A stretch of 64,000 nt of DNA from a virus. The stretch spans positions 52,975 through 116,974 of the IMG/VR virus record IMGVR_UViG_3300024346_009227; one strand, given 5' to 3'. The translations under genes and the position numbers were made by a program. Every line of letters begins with the position of its first letter. The first letter of the stretch is position 1. Shown here piece by piece: positions 1 through 11,900 of this stretch. The notes under the pieces were generated by a model, which made no database searches, was not told the origin of the DNA, and saw only the letters and a program-made list of their open reading frames with translations.

Positions 1-387
1 TGTAGAATCACAAGCTTCTAATGCTATGTTACCACTGATTCCATAATATAAAGTATGTGTGTAGTATACCGGTGGAGTAAATGTAAGATATCTTGTAAGA
101 GTTGCCCCAGTAATACCAGTAGGATAGTCTGCACCAAAAGTTATATTTGAGTACTGACTAAATACCCCTAATTGAAGAAATGATGACCCACCAGGAAAAA
201 TAACTTCATAACCATTAACTGTTGCACTACCTCCATCAAAGTTATAAGTTGAAATAACTTCTAATGTTCCACGATAGTAAAGTCTCCAAACAGTATTGCA
301 ATAACCATCTACAGTTAAAGTATTTCCACTAACGCTTCCGCAAATACTATTTCCGCTAACATAACTAAATGTTGGATTTGCTGGCAT
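1..387 (-). CDS. hypothetical tail-region protein (partial, runs off window)
   Basis: ATG at 387 overlaps the TAA of the upstream gene (TAATG coupling); reads MPANPTFSYVSGNS... and appears open through to ...ISGNIALEACDST at position 1; not in the ORF track. Confidence 0.7.
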   Translation of the reverse strand, partial: MPANPTFSYVSGNSICGSVSGNTLTVDGYCNTVWRLYYRGTLEVISTYNFDGGSATVNGYEVIFPGGSSFLQLGVFSQYSNITFGADYPTGITGATLTRYLTFTPPVYYTHTLYYGISGNIALEACDST

Positions 388-3300
388 TATTTATCCCCTA
401 ATGTTTTTATCCCATACAATTCAAGCATGTTATATAGGTTTGACAATTGACCAGTTAATGATTGAACTTGAGCACTTAAAAGTTTTATTTGTATACTTGT
501 TGGCAATCCACTTTGAGGTGGTGGTGGCATAGTTGTGGCACATTTTACTGCATAATCATAGTCTACAGATAGTTCGCCATCAGCATCACAAGTAACGCCA
601 ACCACAACCCTTAGACAACCAGCATTTGGATCTGCTGTTGTTGTTGGTCCTTCAGTGGTAGATGTTGGGCTAGCTGTTGTAGTTGGAGCCTGAGTGGTGC
701 TGGTAGTACAATATCCCCCTAATGGTTCATCTGTTACAACTCTAGCATCTTCACAATTATTGGGTGCATCACAACCTGTGTATGGACCAGAACTACTTTC
801 ATCTACTTCCGTTGAGCAATAATGACATTCATTATCTTCATATTTATTTAACCAATAATCTGGACATAAAGTTGTCGATGTTGATGTAGTTGTTACACAT
901 GGGTATCCTACATTCTCATTTTGTTGATCTGCATCTATAGCACAATCTTCTGCTTTAGTTGGACCAGTATATTCTCCATTTGAATCATAATGACAACTAA
1001 AGCATGGATCATCAAAAACAAGTGTCATTGAACAATTAGTGTTAAGTCCAGGCAATTGTGATTCACAGACCTCTAATGTGAATGGTCCAGATACATAATT
1101 AGGACTTCCACAAAATTGAGTACAATTATAACATTCTGACTCTGTTTCAACAACACAGTATGCTGGTGCAGGAGTTGTTGTTGGTGCTATTGTTGTTGGT
1201 GCTATTGTTGTTGGTGGAGCAGTGGTATTATTATTAGGATCTGTTGTTACTGGAACAATGTCTTTTAAAAGACCATTTTTAAATTTTAAGGTTGTTATTG
1301 ATCCTTCTTTTGTAACTAATACTGCTTGATTACCAGTAAATCCATTTGTATTAACAAAGAACATTCCTTCTGTTGATTCGCATTCATCCTGTGCAACTTG
1401 TACTTTAAAGTCAGAACTATTCTCTTTAGTGGTTGTTGTTGTTGGTGTGTTTGGATCTACAGCAGCAGGACAATCTGATACTTGACCATCAAATTTTATT
1501 TTTATTTGTTCGCCTTTAATAATCCATCTTCCGTCATTAGCTGAATAGCAAAGAAGTACAGATTGATTAGCGTATATTTTTCTTGCTGAAAAATTTTTAA
1601 TTAATATTTGTTGTGATGATCTATTACCATTCATGTTTAAATATACATAGCCATCATCAAATGGTCTTATGTTTGATACAGCAAAGCCAGTGGCTATATC
1701 GTGAGAAGTCCAAACACCTCTATACTTATCCCACATTAAATCAACTGGTCCAGCTAAACCTTCTCCTGTTGCATAAGCAACACTATTTGGCAATACTTTT
1801 GGTATAGGAACAGCAACTACTTCATCATATCTATTTTTTACTGTTACTAAATTTCCATCGCCATCAGTTAATAAATCATAATCCATATATGAATTGCCAT
1901 ACCCAACAACCATAATTGGGCCACGAAGACCTACTGGTTGACATTTAATTACATTTCTTGGACCATATCTTGAATGAACATATATTGCTTCTTTATTGCC
2001 ATTAAGAACATTTCCTGACGATTCAAGAAAATCAGCAGCATGATAATTATCATAAATATAACCTCCATCACCATGAAAGCTATGTATTGCTGGAGGTCTG
2101 CCACCAGGAAATTTCCAATCTCCTTTTACTTCATCTGTATATCTGTATGGATTATATGTGTATGCTGTTGGGAGTCCTTCTGGAGCAGAAAGAAAAGAGC
2201 CATATGGAATTGATGTCACTGTATTTAATAGAGATTGACTTCCAAAATTGTTGAATGGTGAAAATAGACCATCATAAGAAACAGCACCTTTATTTCTATA
2301 ATCTCCAGATTGAATCGCCATAGCACCAGCACTCTCTATGTTGCTATGAGATCCACCAATTGTTTTTCTTCTTACAGTTGCACCCTTATCTGCCATAGGA
2401 TCAATTGTTTGGGCTAATACTATATTTTGATGTGGTGTATTTCTGTCGTATCTTCTTCCAAGATAATTTAGTACAAAGTTTTGTATTTTTGCTCCAGCAA
2501 AAGATCTCTGTAGAGATTGAGCTTTCTTTATTGATTCCATATAAACAAACAATATATTTTTTCTGTCAGAATATGCTTTTATGGCAGACTTTTTAAGTCT
2601 TTCTGTATTATATCTTGATGGCATTCCAAATTTTGGAGTAAATGTTCTAAATGAATATTGTGTGGTTACACCAGATGGTCCATATGATGTATTTATTGAT
2701 GTTACTATTGGACCATTCTTTACTATTTCATCACCAAGATTATGTTCTGGCAAACCAATTTTATTTAAAGAACCAGTTTCAAAATAAGGAACTGGATTTA
2801 TATCTTTTAATCTATTTTTAGCAGCTTCTTCTAATGTTCCAGATGCGTTGAATTGCCAAGGAACTAAGTCGTTGTTCTGCTCTATTTTTGTTTTTCCACC
2901 TTTTGTATTCCCAAAATACCAAGGGCCATAAAAATCATTTCTTGTAGATTTGAAGTTAAGCATTGCTTGAAATGGATATAGTGCAGGAAGACCTGTTTTA
3001 AAATTTTCAGATTGACCAAGCACTTGATTTCTATATTGTAATCCAAAATAGCATGTTACAAGTGCATCAACGCCAAATTGATTGTGTATCAATCGATTAA
3101 ATGCAGCAACAGATTGTCCTATTGAAACTAATACATGCTCTGAATCTTTTTTGTCTACACCAATATATTGAGTGCTTATCCATGTTCCAACAGTTCCTAA
3201 ACCAACTACTTCAGAATGCACTGTTGTTTTTATTAATGCGTTTTGGGCTATTGGAATAGTTACATATTGTTCGTTTACTGAGGCTTTGACCCATAAATAT

Positions 3301-5108
3301 TGAGAACCGCTATCTGAATAAGAAATTGTGTCTGAAGAACTACTATCGTATGTAAATTGAGTTTCCCATGAATTTGGTAAGTTAAAAATTAACCAATTCT
3401 GCATTTTTCCATCTTGATTTAATGCCATAGCATTTAACATTTCTCTAGGCAAAGAAGTATTTGTCTTTGCTTCAAGAATTGCTGGATCTATCCATCCAGA
3501 ATCAGTTGGTAAAATATTGTATATTTTTTTAGGTTGATTTTGTTTAATATTTAAATCTAAACTGTCTGAACTTGTATAGCTTTCTAATACTTGTTTTATT
3601 AAAAGGCCATCGCTTTTAGAATCTGGCTTGTTTTGTCCATTATCAACAGTATTATAATTAAGGTCACCTTTATAATTAACTTCTACTAAAAATTGTTTGC
3701 CGTAATATGAATCTATTACTGATTTTAAATAGGTAAAAAGTTGTGCCCCACGAATAACTCCTATATCATTATCTTTTTCTGAAAACTCTCTTTTCAATGG
3801 AAATTCTGTAGATCCACCACCAGCCATAAAGTTGGCAACCATAGAGATATTTGTTCTTGGAGCTTTAAGAAATACTCTAGTGTATATATTGTCATTAGCA
3901 AAAGCATCATCCCATATTTCTAAATACAATGACCAATTGTCTTGATTGCCACCAGTTATCAACAACAACTCATCCATTGTCATTTCATAATATGTAGCAC
4001 CAGGAAATATTGATTCCATTCCAACTAAAGGTATTCCCCAAGCATTTGCTTTTATAGTAGAATGACTAGATATGGAAGGTCTTAAACTATTAAATCTATA
4101 GTTATAATACGGACATGCACATTTTACAACATCATAAGATGCAGATGACCAATATGCTTCTCCATTAATATCATATCCCCAAAATTGTTTTATTCTTGAA
4201 TTTGGACCAGCAGCATTGCCATAATAATTTTGAGTGTAATTTACTGGTGTTCCAACAACAACATTCATTTGAGTTAAACTTACATCGTTATTAAAACAAA
4301 TACTATGTTCTTTTAATCCACCCCAAAGCATAAAGTTTGATTCAATATTGTTGGAAGACTCAACTCCAGCATCCCAAGAAATAACATTCCTGTCTTTTGC
4401 CAAATCTTTTATAACATTTTGAACTTTTTGATTGGCTGCATCTACACCTAGACTTGTTGTTTGAACTGTAAATTCTGTGCCTGTGAGAGTAATCTTAAAC
4501 AATAAACCTAAATCGTCACAAATTTTAGATATTAAATCCATTAAGTTTATATATGGGCCTTCTATTCTATAAAATTTTGGTACTTTGGTTGCAAAATCTA
4601 ACTTTATTGAATATGGTACTCCAGCAGAAATAATCCCATATTTTTTAGAAAGTTCATTTATGCCTTCTTCAAGTTTTGAATACGGCATCCCTCCTTCATT
4701 AGCCTGACTCTTTCCAAACTCTTTGCTCTCCCACCATCTAAAAACATTGAACATGTTTATTATTGGGGAGTCTTCTTTTGCATCATTAGTTCCATATAAA
4801 CTACTAGTTATTACTTCAACATTTTTAATTAATTCTTTTCCATCATTTAATTTTACTTCATAAAAAGTTCCACCAGTATCATGTTTTTCAATAACTCTAT
4901 CTAGAAAACCATTAAAAACAAAAGCGTTATCTTTTTTTAACTTAAACTCATAATTTTTTCCTAACTCATATGTACCTATTGTTGTTTCATTATTTTCTGG
5001 ATCTGGAGCAAGTTTTATATTTACAGATGATTCTGTATCATTCCACCCAATAGATGAATTGAAATCTACTATTGTTAAACCTAAAAATTTTAATCTTTCA
5101 AAACTCAT
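387..5108 (-). CDS. large distal tail protein (hub/central fibre-like) with Thr/Cys-rich C-terminal region
   Basis: 1573-aa ORF a few genes downstream of the TMP; beta-rich N-terminus; C-terminal TTTT/PTT linkers and Cys-rich repeats. Confidence 0.6.
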   Translation of the reverse strand: MSFERLKFLGLTIVDFNSSIGWNDTESSVNIKLAPDPENNETTIGTYELGKNYEFKLKKDNAFVFNGFLDRVIEKHDTGGTFYEVKLNDGKELIKNVEVITSSLYGTNDAKEDSPIINMFNVFRWWESKEFGKSQANEGGMPYSKLEEGINELSKKYGIISAGVPYSIKLDFATKVPKFYRIEGPYINLMDLISKICDDLGLLFKITLTGTEFTVQTTSLGVDAANQKVQNVIKDLAKDRNVISWDAGVESSNNIESNFMLWGGLKEHSICFNNDVSLTQMNVVVGTPVNYTQNYYGNAAGPNSRIKQFWGYDINGEAYWSSASYDVVKCACPYYNYRFNSLRPSISSHSTIKANAWGIPLVGMESIFPGATYYEMTMDELLLITGGNQDNWSLYLEIWDDAFANDNIYTRVFLKAPRTNISMVANFMAGGGSTEFPLKREFSEKDNDIGVIRGAQLFTYLKSVIDSYYGKQFLVEVNYKGDLNYNTVDNGQNKPDSKSDGLLIKQVLESYTSSDSLDLNIKQNQPKKIYNILPTDSGWIDPAILEAKTNTSLPREMLNAMALNQDGKMQNWLIFNLPNSWETQFTYDSSSSDTISYSDSGSQYLWVKASVNEQYVTIPIAQNALIKTTVHSEVVGLGTVGTWISTQYIGVDKKDSEHVLVSIGQSVAAFNRLIHNQFGVDALVTCYFGLQYRNQVLGQSENFKTGLPALYPFQAMLNFKSTRNDFYGPWYFGNTKGGKTKIEQNNDLVPWQFNASGTLEEAAKNRLKDINPVPYFETGSLNKIGLPEHNLGDEIVKNGPIVTSINTSYGPSGVTTQYSFRTFTPKFGMPSRYNTERLKKSAIKAYSDRKNILFVYMESIKKAQSLQRSFAGAKIQNFVLNYLGRRYDRNTPHQNIVLAQTIDPMADKGATVRRKTIGGSHSNIESAGAMAIQSGDYRNKGAVSYDGLFSPFNNFGSQSLLNTVTSIPYGSFLSAPEGLPTAYTYNPYRYTDEVKGDWKFPGGRPPAIHSFHGDGGYIYDNYHAADFLESSGNVLNGNKEAIYVHSRYGPRNVIKCQPVGLRGPIMVVGYGNSYMDYDLLTDGDGNLVTVKNRYDEVVAVPIPKVLPNSVAYATGEGLAGPVDLMWDKYRGVWTSHDIATGFAVSNIRPFDDGYVYLNMNGNRSSQQILIKNFSARKIYANQSVLLCYSANDGRWIIKGEQIKIKFDGQVSDCPAAVDPNTPTTTTTKENSSDFKVQVAQDECESTEGMFFVNTNGFTGNQAVLVTKEGSITTLKFKNGLLKDIVPVTTDPNNNTTAPPTTIAPTTIAPTTTPAPAYCVVETESECYNCTQFCGSPNYVSGPFTLEVCESQLPGLNTNCSMTLVFDDPCFSCHYDSNGEYTGPTKAEDCAIDADQQNENVGYPCVTTTSTSTTLCPDYWLNKYEDNECHYCSTEVDESSSGPYTGCDAPNNCEDARVVTDEPLGGYCTTSTTQAPTTTASPTSTTEGPTTTADPNAGCLRVVVGVTCDADGELSVDYDYAVKCATTMPPPPQSGLPTSIQIKLLSAQVQSLTGQLSNLYNMLELYGIKTLGDK

Positions 5109-5116
5109 TTGTTCAC

Positions 5117-6373
5117 CTAGTTATAATTCCAAACTACTGATCTTGTAACTTTTTTAGTTCTATAATCAAATGTCATATCATCTTTTTCTACAAATATTTC
5201 AGTGGCTGTTGGTGCATAAGAAGAAACATCTGGTGGACCTTTAGAGCCATCATTATATAATACTTCAATATTGAGTGTTTTAACACCATTTTTTTTGGCA
5301 GGAAGCTTTTGTATAATTGGACCTAATTCTTTACCAACTGCTGGTATTACAACAATAAGATCTATGGGTGGCGTATCTGTCCAGCTTATAGACTTAAATC
5401 TTTCATCAGTTTTTTCTATACCTTCAGAAATTTCTACAGAATAATTTATTGTTCCAGATATTTTGTTTGTTCCTACAGAAACAGACTTTACTTTACCAGT
5501 TATTGTTCCAATAGTATATGATTTGCCTATTTCCCATTTTTTAACCAAATCAAATTTTTCTGATGCATTTGTATATTTTGTTTTACCTTTACCTTCGTAT
5601 CCAGTTATAGTTCCTTGTAAGCTTGCAGATTTATATGCAGAATCAAAACTTTCTTTTTCTGTATATGTTTCTTCAATTACAAATGGGTCTTTTGATAGTA
5701 TCCAAGATTCATTACAATCAACAGTATTCTTATATGTATTGACTGAATAACTAGTTGTTTTATTATAAGAATCTTCTGTTGGCAAAGTAAAGTATGTAGC
5801 AGCATCAGAATCAGCTATAGATGTAGTTAAAAGCATCTTCTCATTTTCCATCGCTAATTGATAATCTTTAGCTGGATCTTCAGTGCTTTTTATTTGTATG
5901 CTTCTAGTTCTGTTTATTTTTACAAATCTATTGTATTCATCTGCTGGATCTAATGACCAAGTTTCATCTGGTTCTTCGTTATCCAATACTATTTGTTCTA
6001 AAGATATTGTGTAATCACATATTAAACTTGATTGTTCAAGCTGAAAACTTTTAGATTTTAATTTAAATTTTCCAGATAAATTTGGGCCACTTATTGATGT
6101 GCTTATATTGATGTCATCTATTTTATGGCTTACTAAACCTTCTAAAGTTGCCATTTTTCCTATAATCAACCCTAATTTAGCTTTGTCTGCTTCTTCAGCA
6201 GTTCCAGTTGGTTCTGAGTCACCCGCTATTGGATCTACAGCTAAAATTTTTCCTTTTAAATCTACTGTTATTGTAGTAGTTTTTACTTTACCACTTTCTC
6301 TAAACTCTGATTGTTGAGTAATACTTATTAATGGTGTTGGTCTTATTGCAGTTCCATTTAATGATATAGACAT
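5117..6373 (-). CDS. putative distal tail structural protein (paralog of 6383..7738)
   Basis: 418-aa ORF in tail operon; shares CDYTI..E, DE(T/S)WS.D, RF.K.N, S(L/I).GTITG and C-terminal K(V/I).R..V motifs with its neighbour. Confidence 0.55.
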   Translation of the reverse strand: MSISLNGTAIRPTPLISITQQSEFRESGKVKTTTITVDLKGKILAVDPIAGDSEPTGTAEEADKAKLGLIIGKMATLEGLVSHKIDDINISTSISGPNLSGKFKLKSKSFQLEQSSLICDYTISLEQIVLDNEEPDETWSLDPADEYNRFVKINRTRSIQIKSTEDPAKDYQLAMENEKMLLTTSIADSDAATYFTLPTEDSYNKTTSYSVNTYKNTVDCNESWILSKDPFVIEETYTEKESFDSAYKSASLQGTITGYEGKGKTKYTNASEKFDLVKKWEIGKSYTIGTITGKVKSVSVGTNKISGTINYSVEISEGIEKTDERFKSISWTDTPPIDLIVVIPAVGKELGPIIQKLPAKKNGVKTLNIEVLYNDGSKGPPDVSSYAPTATEIFVEKDDMTFDYRTKKVTRSVVWNYN

Positions 6374-6382
6374 AAATCATTC

Positions 6383-7738
6383 CTAATATGGTCTAGGTAT
6401 TTGTGTGCTTATCAAATCAAAACTGGTAATGGTTGGTAAAGCTGGTTTTGAACCATCTGCCCATATAAATACTGTAGTTCTTGATATTTTTTTATTTTGT
6501 GCAGTAAAATTAATAGTATCAGATTCAATCATACTTCCTGCTGGTTGATATTGCAATGTGTTTGGAGTAGTCTCTGTTCCAACTCTTTCTATTGTGATAG
6601 ACATAGTTTTTGCTTTATTCATATCAATACTTTGAAATACTGGCCCCTTATCTCCATAGATAGTATTATGTATGACATAAGTCTTAAGGGCATCAGCTAA
6701 ATCTCCAAAGTAACTTACAGTTATTGTTTCATTTTTTACTCCAGTTGTTGTTGGTCTTTTTATATTTTCAATTTCATAGTTATAAGTAATTATTCCTTTT
6801 ACTTTATCATGTGTTTCTGAAAATGAAGTTATTGTTAATGCAAGATATTTAGTGTTTAAAGCACTCTTTACCGTTGTCCATAATGCCAATGCTTCTGTAT
6901 ATCTATTGCTTGGAGTTGATGTAGAAGATGAAGATAGACCAGTTATAGTTCCTTCTATAGAAAGCGTATCTCTTAATGTTTCATTAGATTGTTTGTCTGT
7001 AAGTGTTTGTTCATGGTGTGCTTGTGGTAATTGAGGAATAATTGAATTTTTTAATAAATCATTATGATAAGTTAAATTTATTTCAGCAGAGAATTCCCCA
7101 CCAAGTACATTGACACTATAATTAATTAATTTATTTGAAGGTGAAGCTTTTAAATAAGTATTTTTAGCAGCATCTTTTATATCTGTTGGAATAAGTTCGT
7201 TTATTTTTTTTAGAACTTCTGTTTTTGATGTTTCCCAACCATTTTTGCCATCAACATCTTTAGACTTACAAGAAATTTTATGGTTTACTTTTGTGAATCT
7301 TAAATCTTCATCGTTATAATCAACTGACCATGATTCATCTATATCTGAAGCGTTGGTTTTATCTGGTACTGATTTTGATCCAATGGTTACTGAATCTGCT
7401 TCCATTTCAATTGTGTAATCACAAAAATTAACCCAAATATCTTCTTTAAAATTTAGACTTTTAATTCTAGGAATAAATTTAATTGGTGAGCTTTTACCAT
7501 CTCTTGATTGAATCTCAAAATATGTTTTGTCTGTAAAAGCATTGACTTGTGCTATTATCGCTGCTTGTCTTGCAATAATGGCAGAGTGTCTTGCATCTAC
7601 AGATATAGCTTGACTTGGAACAATTTTTGCAGATACAGATATATTAAAAAGATATGTCTTTGCTTTTCCATTGTCATAAAATTGAACGCTTTCTTGCAAT
7701 GAAAATGTTTGAATTGGGTCTGATAATGTTCCAGCCAT
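6383..7738 (-). CDS. putative distal tail structural protein (paralog of 5117..6373)
   Basis: 451-aa ORF with the same shared motifs; synteny after TMP. Confidence 0.55.
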   Translation of the reverse strand: MAGTLSDPIQTFSLQESVQFYDNGKAKTYLFNISVSAKIVPSQAISVDARHSAIIARQAAIIAQVNAFTDKTYFEIQSRDGKSSPIKFIPRIKSLNFKEDIWVNFCDYTIEMEADSVTIGSKSVPDKTNASDIDESWSVDYNDEDLRFTKVNHKISCKSKDVDGKNGWETSKTEVLKKINELIPTDIKDAAKNTYLKASPSNKLINYSVNVLGGEFSAEINLTYHNDLLKNSIIPQLPQAHHEQTLTDKQSNETLRDTLSIEGTITGLSSSSTSTPSNRYTEALALWTTVKSALNTKYLALTITSFSETHDKVKGIITYNYEIENIKRPTTTGVKNETITVSYFGDLADALKTYVIHNTIYGDKGPVFQSIDMNKAKTMSITIERVGTETTPNTLQYQPAGSMIESDTINFTAQNKKISRTTVFIWADGSKPALPTITSFDLISTQIPRPY

Positions 7739-7740
7739 GT

Positions 7741-8892
7741 TTAATCCTCAAAGCCATGTGTATATAACTGCATGGTTTCATTAAATGGTTGATTTACTTC
7801 TGGAATAACTAACTCTATTGAATCAAAACAAACATCATTTGCATATATATTAAAATCAATACTATTAGTTATGGCAGAAGAAGCACCATAAGCTATTAAA
7901 GGCATATAATTCCAAGTTGCTTCAACATCTCTTTGTATAAACATCTCCATAGATGAACCATCTGGTATTGCATTGAATGTAGTTCCAAGACCAATTATAG
8001 TAATACTTAATGATTCATTAATAGATGCATACTGATTGCTCAAATAAAGATTTAAACTTTCAAAGTGTGATGGGTTTATTATATCTCCAGATATATATGT
8101 ATAAACAAACCCTGTTGTTAGTGCAGTATCATCTACCATCAAAAACAATTCTAAATTATTTTCAAAAAATGATTTTATATAAAGCTCTACACTATTTATT
8201 TGTTGGTCTATTGTTGATGAACGAATATTGAAATCAATAGATCCATCTGCATCAGTATATAAATACAAATTTTTTATGAATAAATCGGCTGATGATTCTA
8301 CAAATGCTTTTAAATAAAGTTCTTTATTGTCTTGATGTTCATTCCAATATTTTATAAATAAATTAATTGAATTTTGTGGAAATGATTTTAAATATAAATT
8401 TGTTTGTTCTTGCGTGTTGGCTTCTAAATACAAAGCTCTTGCACCAAAAAACATAGCTGTTGATTTTATATATAAAGAAACATTGTTGTCAAAATTTGAT
8501 TTTAAAAATAAATTCCTAAAATTAAAAAATGTTGATGGTGAAGGAGTGGGTGCAGGAGTTGTTGTGGTAGTGGTAGTTGTAGTGGTAGTTGAGGGTTGTG
8601 GGGTTGTTGGTTCGCCTGTTGTAGTAGTAGTTGTTTCTAATGTGATCGTTGGTGCTGGTGCTGAACCTAAAAATGGTAACCATCCTGATAGTGGCACATT
8701 TAATGGGTCATCTGAGGTGTTATAGTAATAAACATCTGAATACTGTTGAATAACCCATTGAGATACTATAATGTCATAAAACAACACATAGCTTGTATCT
8801 AAAGAGTTTCTATATGTAACAACATTGTAGTATTCAAATGTTCCATTAAAATTACCTCCGCTACCAGCACCAGATATAATATAATTTGCCAT
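7741..8892 (-). CDS. virion-associated hypothetical protein with Thr/Pro-rich linker
   Basis: 383-aa ORF directly after TMP; poly-Thr linker followed by short L(Y/F)(I/L)K repeats. Confidence 0.6.
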   Translation of the reverse strand: MANYIISGAGSGGNFNGTFEYYNVVTYRNSLDTSYVLFYDIIVSQWVIQQYSDVYYYNTSDDPLNVPLSGWLPFLGSAPAPTITLETTTTTTGEPTTPQPSTTTTTTTTTTTPAPTPSPSTFFNFRNLFLKSNFDNNVSLYIKSTAMFFGARALYLEANTQEQTNLYLKSFPQNSINLFIKYWNEHQDNKELYLKAFVESSADLFIKNLYLYTDADGSIDFNIRSSTIDQQINSVELYIKSFFENNLELFLMVDDTALTTGFVYTYISGDIINPSHFESLNLYLSNQYASINESLSITIIGLGTTFNAIPDGSSMEMFIQRDVEATWNYMPLIAYGASSAITNSIDFNIYANDVCFDSIELVIPEVNQPFNETMQLYTHGFED

Positions 8893-8903
8893 AATTTACC
8901 TTA

Positions 8904-11900
8904 CTATGAATTCATTTCATTTTTAAGTTGTTTACCTATCTGTGTAACTATCCATCCTTTTAGTTCTTCTGTCGCTTGTGTTACCGCTGTATATACACCT
9001 TCTGGATTAAAGTCAATATTTAAAGAAGCATTCAAATTGCCCATTACTTCTATATTTATTATTGATGGTATTTTATTAACTTGTGTTTGTAATGCTTCAG
9101 CATAAGCTTTAAATGTATCTATTTGTTCGCCAAAAGGCTTAAGGAATGTAGTTCCTAGTTTGTTTATTGCATCAGCTAATTGTGTAACGGAAGTCATATC
9201 TATTGCTGGAGTTGCGTTTTCTTGCTGATTTGGAACAAATGCCCCTCTTCTAGCATACATAACTCCACCATTAGACATATAACTAGTATTTCCATTTATA
9301 TGTTTTAATAAATTTAAATTTTTAGATGTTGATTCTCTATTTACCACAAACTCTCCTGGTGTGAGCATGGCAGGAACAGTGTCTGTACCTCTTGGTGTGA
9401 ATCCACCATCTGCAAAATAGTTTACCAGACCACCAGAATTATAACCTTTTCTTTTTGACATTTTGTTGGCAGAATCAGCAAAACTTCCAACTCCAGCATT
9501 AAATCTAGACGAAGAAGCTAATATGTTTTGTGATCCTTCCTTATTAGCATTTGCCCCACTCTTAAATGAATCGCCACTTTGAACAAATTTGTTTCCAACT
9601 CCAGATAATTTTCCAGTTAATTCATTTATTCCAGATTCTATTGGATCTACTTTCTTGCCACGAATATTTCCAACACTACCACCAGTTCTAAACCCAGTAA
9701 CTTCTTTGCCACTATTGATTGCATGTAACAGAGAATAATTTTTAGATGAAGCTTGTTTATTTACTACAAACTCACCTGGAGTCAACATAGCTGGAATAGT
9801 ATCTACATTGCCACCAGTACTATATGAACCTAGATCCATTCCAAGAAAACTTAATTTTTGTCTTTGTGGTTGTTGTGGTTGTTCCTGTCTCTTTTTGGCA
9901 AATGCTGCCATTTGACGATAACCACTAGGCATTTGTTCTTGTGGTTGTTGTTGCATCTGTTGCTGTGGAGCTTGATTAAAGAAGCTTTCTGCATAATTAC
10001 TTGATTGAAATGCTGGTTGAGCAACTTGAAGGTTTTGTGGTCGTTGTTGTGCCTGTTGTTGTGGCAACTTTCCTGCAAAATTACTTGGTCTTGGACCTGA
10101 TTGTAATGCTGCTAATGCTGCTTGTTGTTTTTGTTGTTGTGATTGTTGCTGAGGATTCTGATTAACTTGAAGTTGTGATCTAAATCTATTCGCTCTTTGT
10201 CGTTCTATAGCATTTCTTGCTAGTGTTGATCTTTGTTGTCTAGCCCAATCATCTTGAAGTTCTCTTTGTTTTTTTTCTTCCGCTTCTTTTTTAAGTTTCG
10301 CCCTTAAATATTCATCTGTTGCAAATGGGTTTGCTGGTGATAATGTTGTAAGTCCATTTTCCGCATAAATCAAACCACCTAAACTTGCATATGTACTACC
10401 AGATTCTTCTTCTTGTTGTTTTTTTTGTTCTTCTAGATATTCTTTGATTTGTTTTTTAAATTCATCAGAATTACTTTGTATTCCTGATTCATTTGCTTTT
10501 GCTGTTTTTAATGCGTTTACTTCTGCACCAGTAGCAGAAATATTTCCAAAGGGATTGTTGCCACCACGCATTCTAGACTGAACATCTCCAAGCATACCCA
10601 TTGCTGCTGATGTTACGCCTTCGCCACCAGGCTTAGTTGGATCTTGAAAAGATAGTGCTTGTTGAGCAGAAACGCCACCAGACCCAGTAGAAAATCCAGC
10701 TTGCGTATTATCAAAAAGACTACCAGTTCCATCATTAAATCTAGTGTTAGAAAACATTTGGAATGCATTGTTTTCAGCTTGATTTTTTGCTGCTATTCTA
10801 TTAGTTATGTCTGAAGTAGTAGCTTTTCCAATATTGTCAATATATCCTTCTTGATCAACAGTAAGAGATGTTTCTTCTTCACTGCCACTATAAGAACCTA
10901 AATTTGCTCTTCTTTTTAAGTATCCGCCATCATATAAATAACTTACTAATCCACCGCTTGCATATCCAAGTAATTTTTCCGTATTTGACTTAAAAAGATC
11001 TACGCCTTTATGCTGTACTTTTTCTTGAAGATAGTCTTTTCCAACATGTTTTGCTCCATGTAGAGCAGTCTCAAGTGATGGCTTCATTGCAAATTTTGAA
11101 ATCGCAGATATCCCTGCTTTTGCAAGTCCAGTCATCCCCATAGCATTAAAGACCATATCTGTTGCAGCATTATTGCTGTTGTCTTCATTTTGTAAAAATT
11201 GATTCTGTCTACGAGAGAAAGTTTGAGTTGCCCTATTAGAAGTAGATTCTAAATCATCTTTCCTATCTTGCATGTAAGTATATTTATCTTTATTTTTATC
11301 ATCAACTAAATATCTCGAATCTTCTTCGTATTTTTTTTGTCTATTCATTTTTTCATAAAATGCTTTTTTTCTTGCTTGTCCACCATCTTCTAAATAAACT
11401 ATTCCACCAGTAGCTGAATATCCAACATCTTTACCACTATTTATTGCACTTAATAAGTCACCATGTTTAGCAGTAGCAGAGGCATTTATTACAAACTCAC
11501 CTGGCGTAAGCATAGCTGGTACTGTATCTGTACCTTTAGGCTTAAAGAACGAAGGATCAGGATTAGGACTATGGCTAGGAACACCACCAGATGAAAGATA
11601 GCTTACCATTCCACCAGATGACATTTTTCTAGCTTGTCTTTGTCGTTCTATTTGTGCTGCTGCTTCTTCTCTAGTTATTTCACCCCTATTTAATCGACTT
11701 TCAACACTTAGTTCTCCATATTGTCCTTCAAATAATTGTTGCTCTTTGGTTGCTCTAGGAAGTCTAGCTGCAAGAGCACTCTGTTCTTTTTGTTCTTTTA
11801 TAATTGCAGCTTGAAATTCATTTGGTTCACCTTTAACCACATTTTTATTTTCTTCTGGTGCGATAGCTTTTGTTTCACCTTTCATTTGCTTCAATCTATT

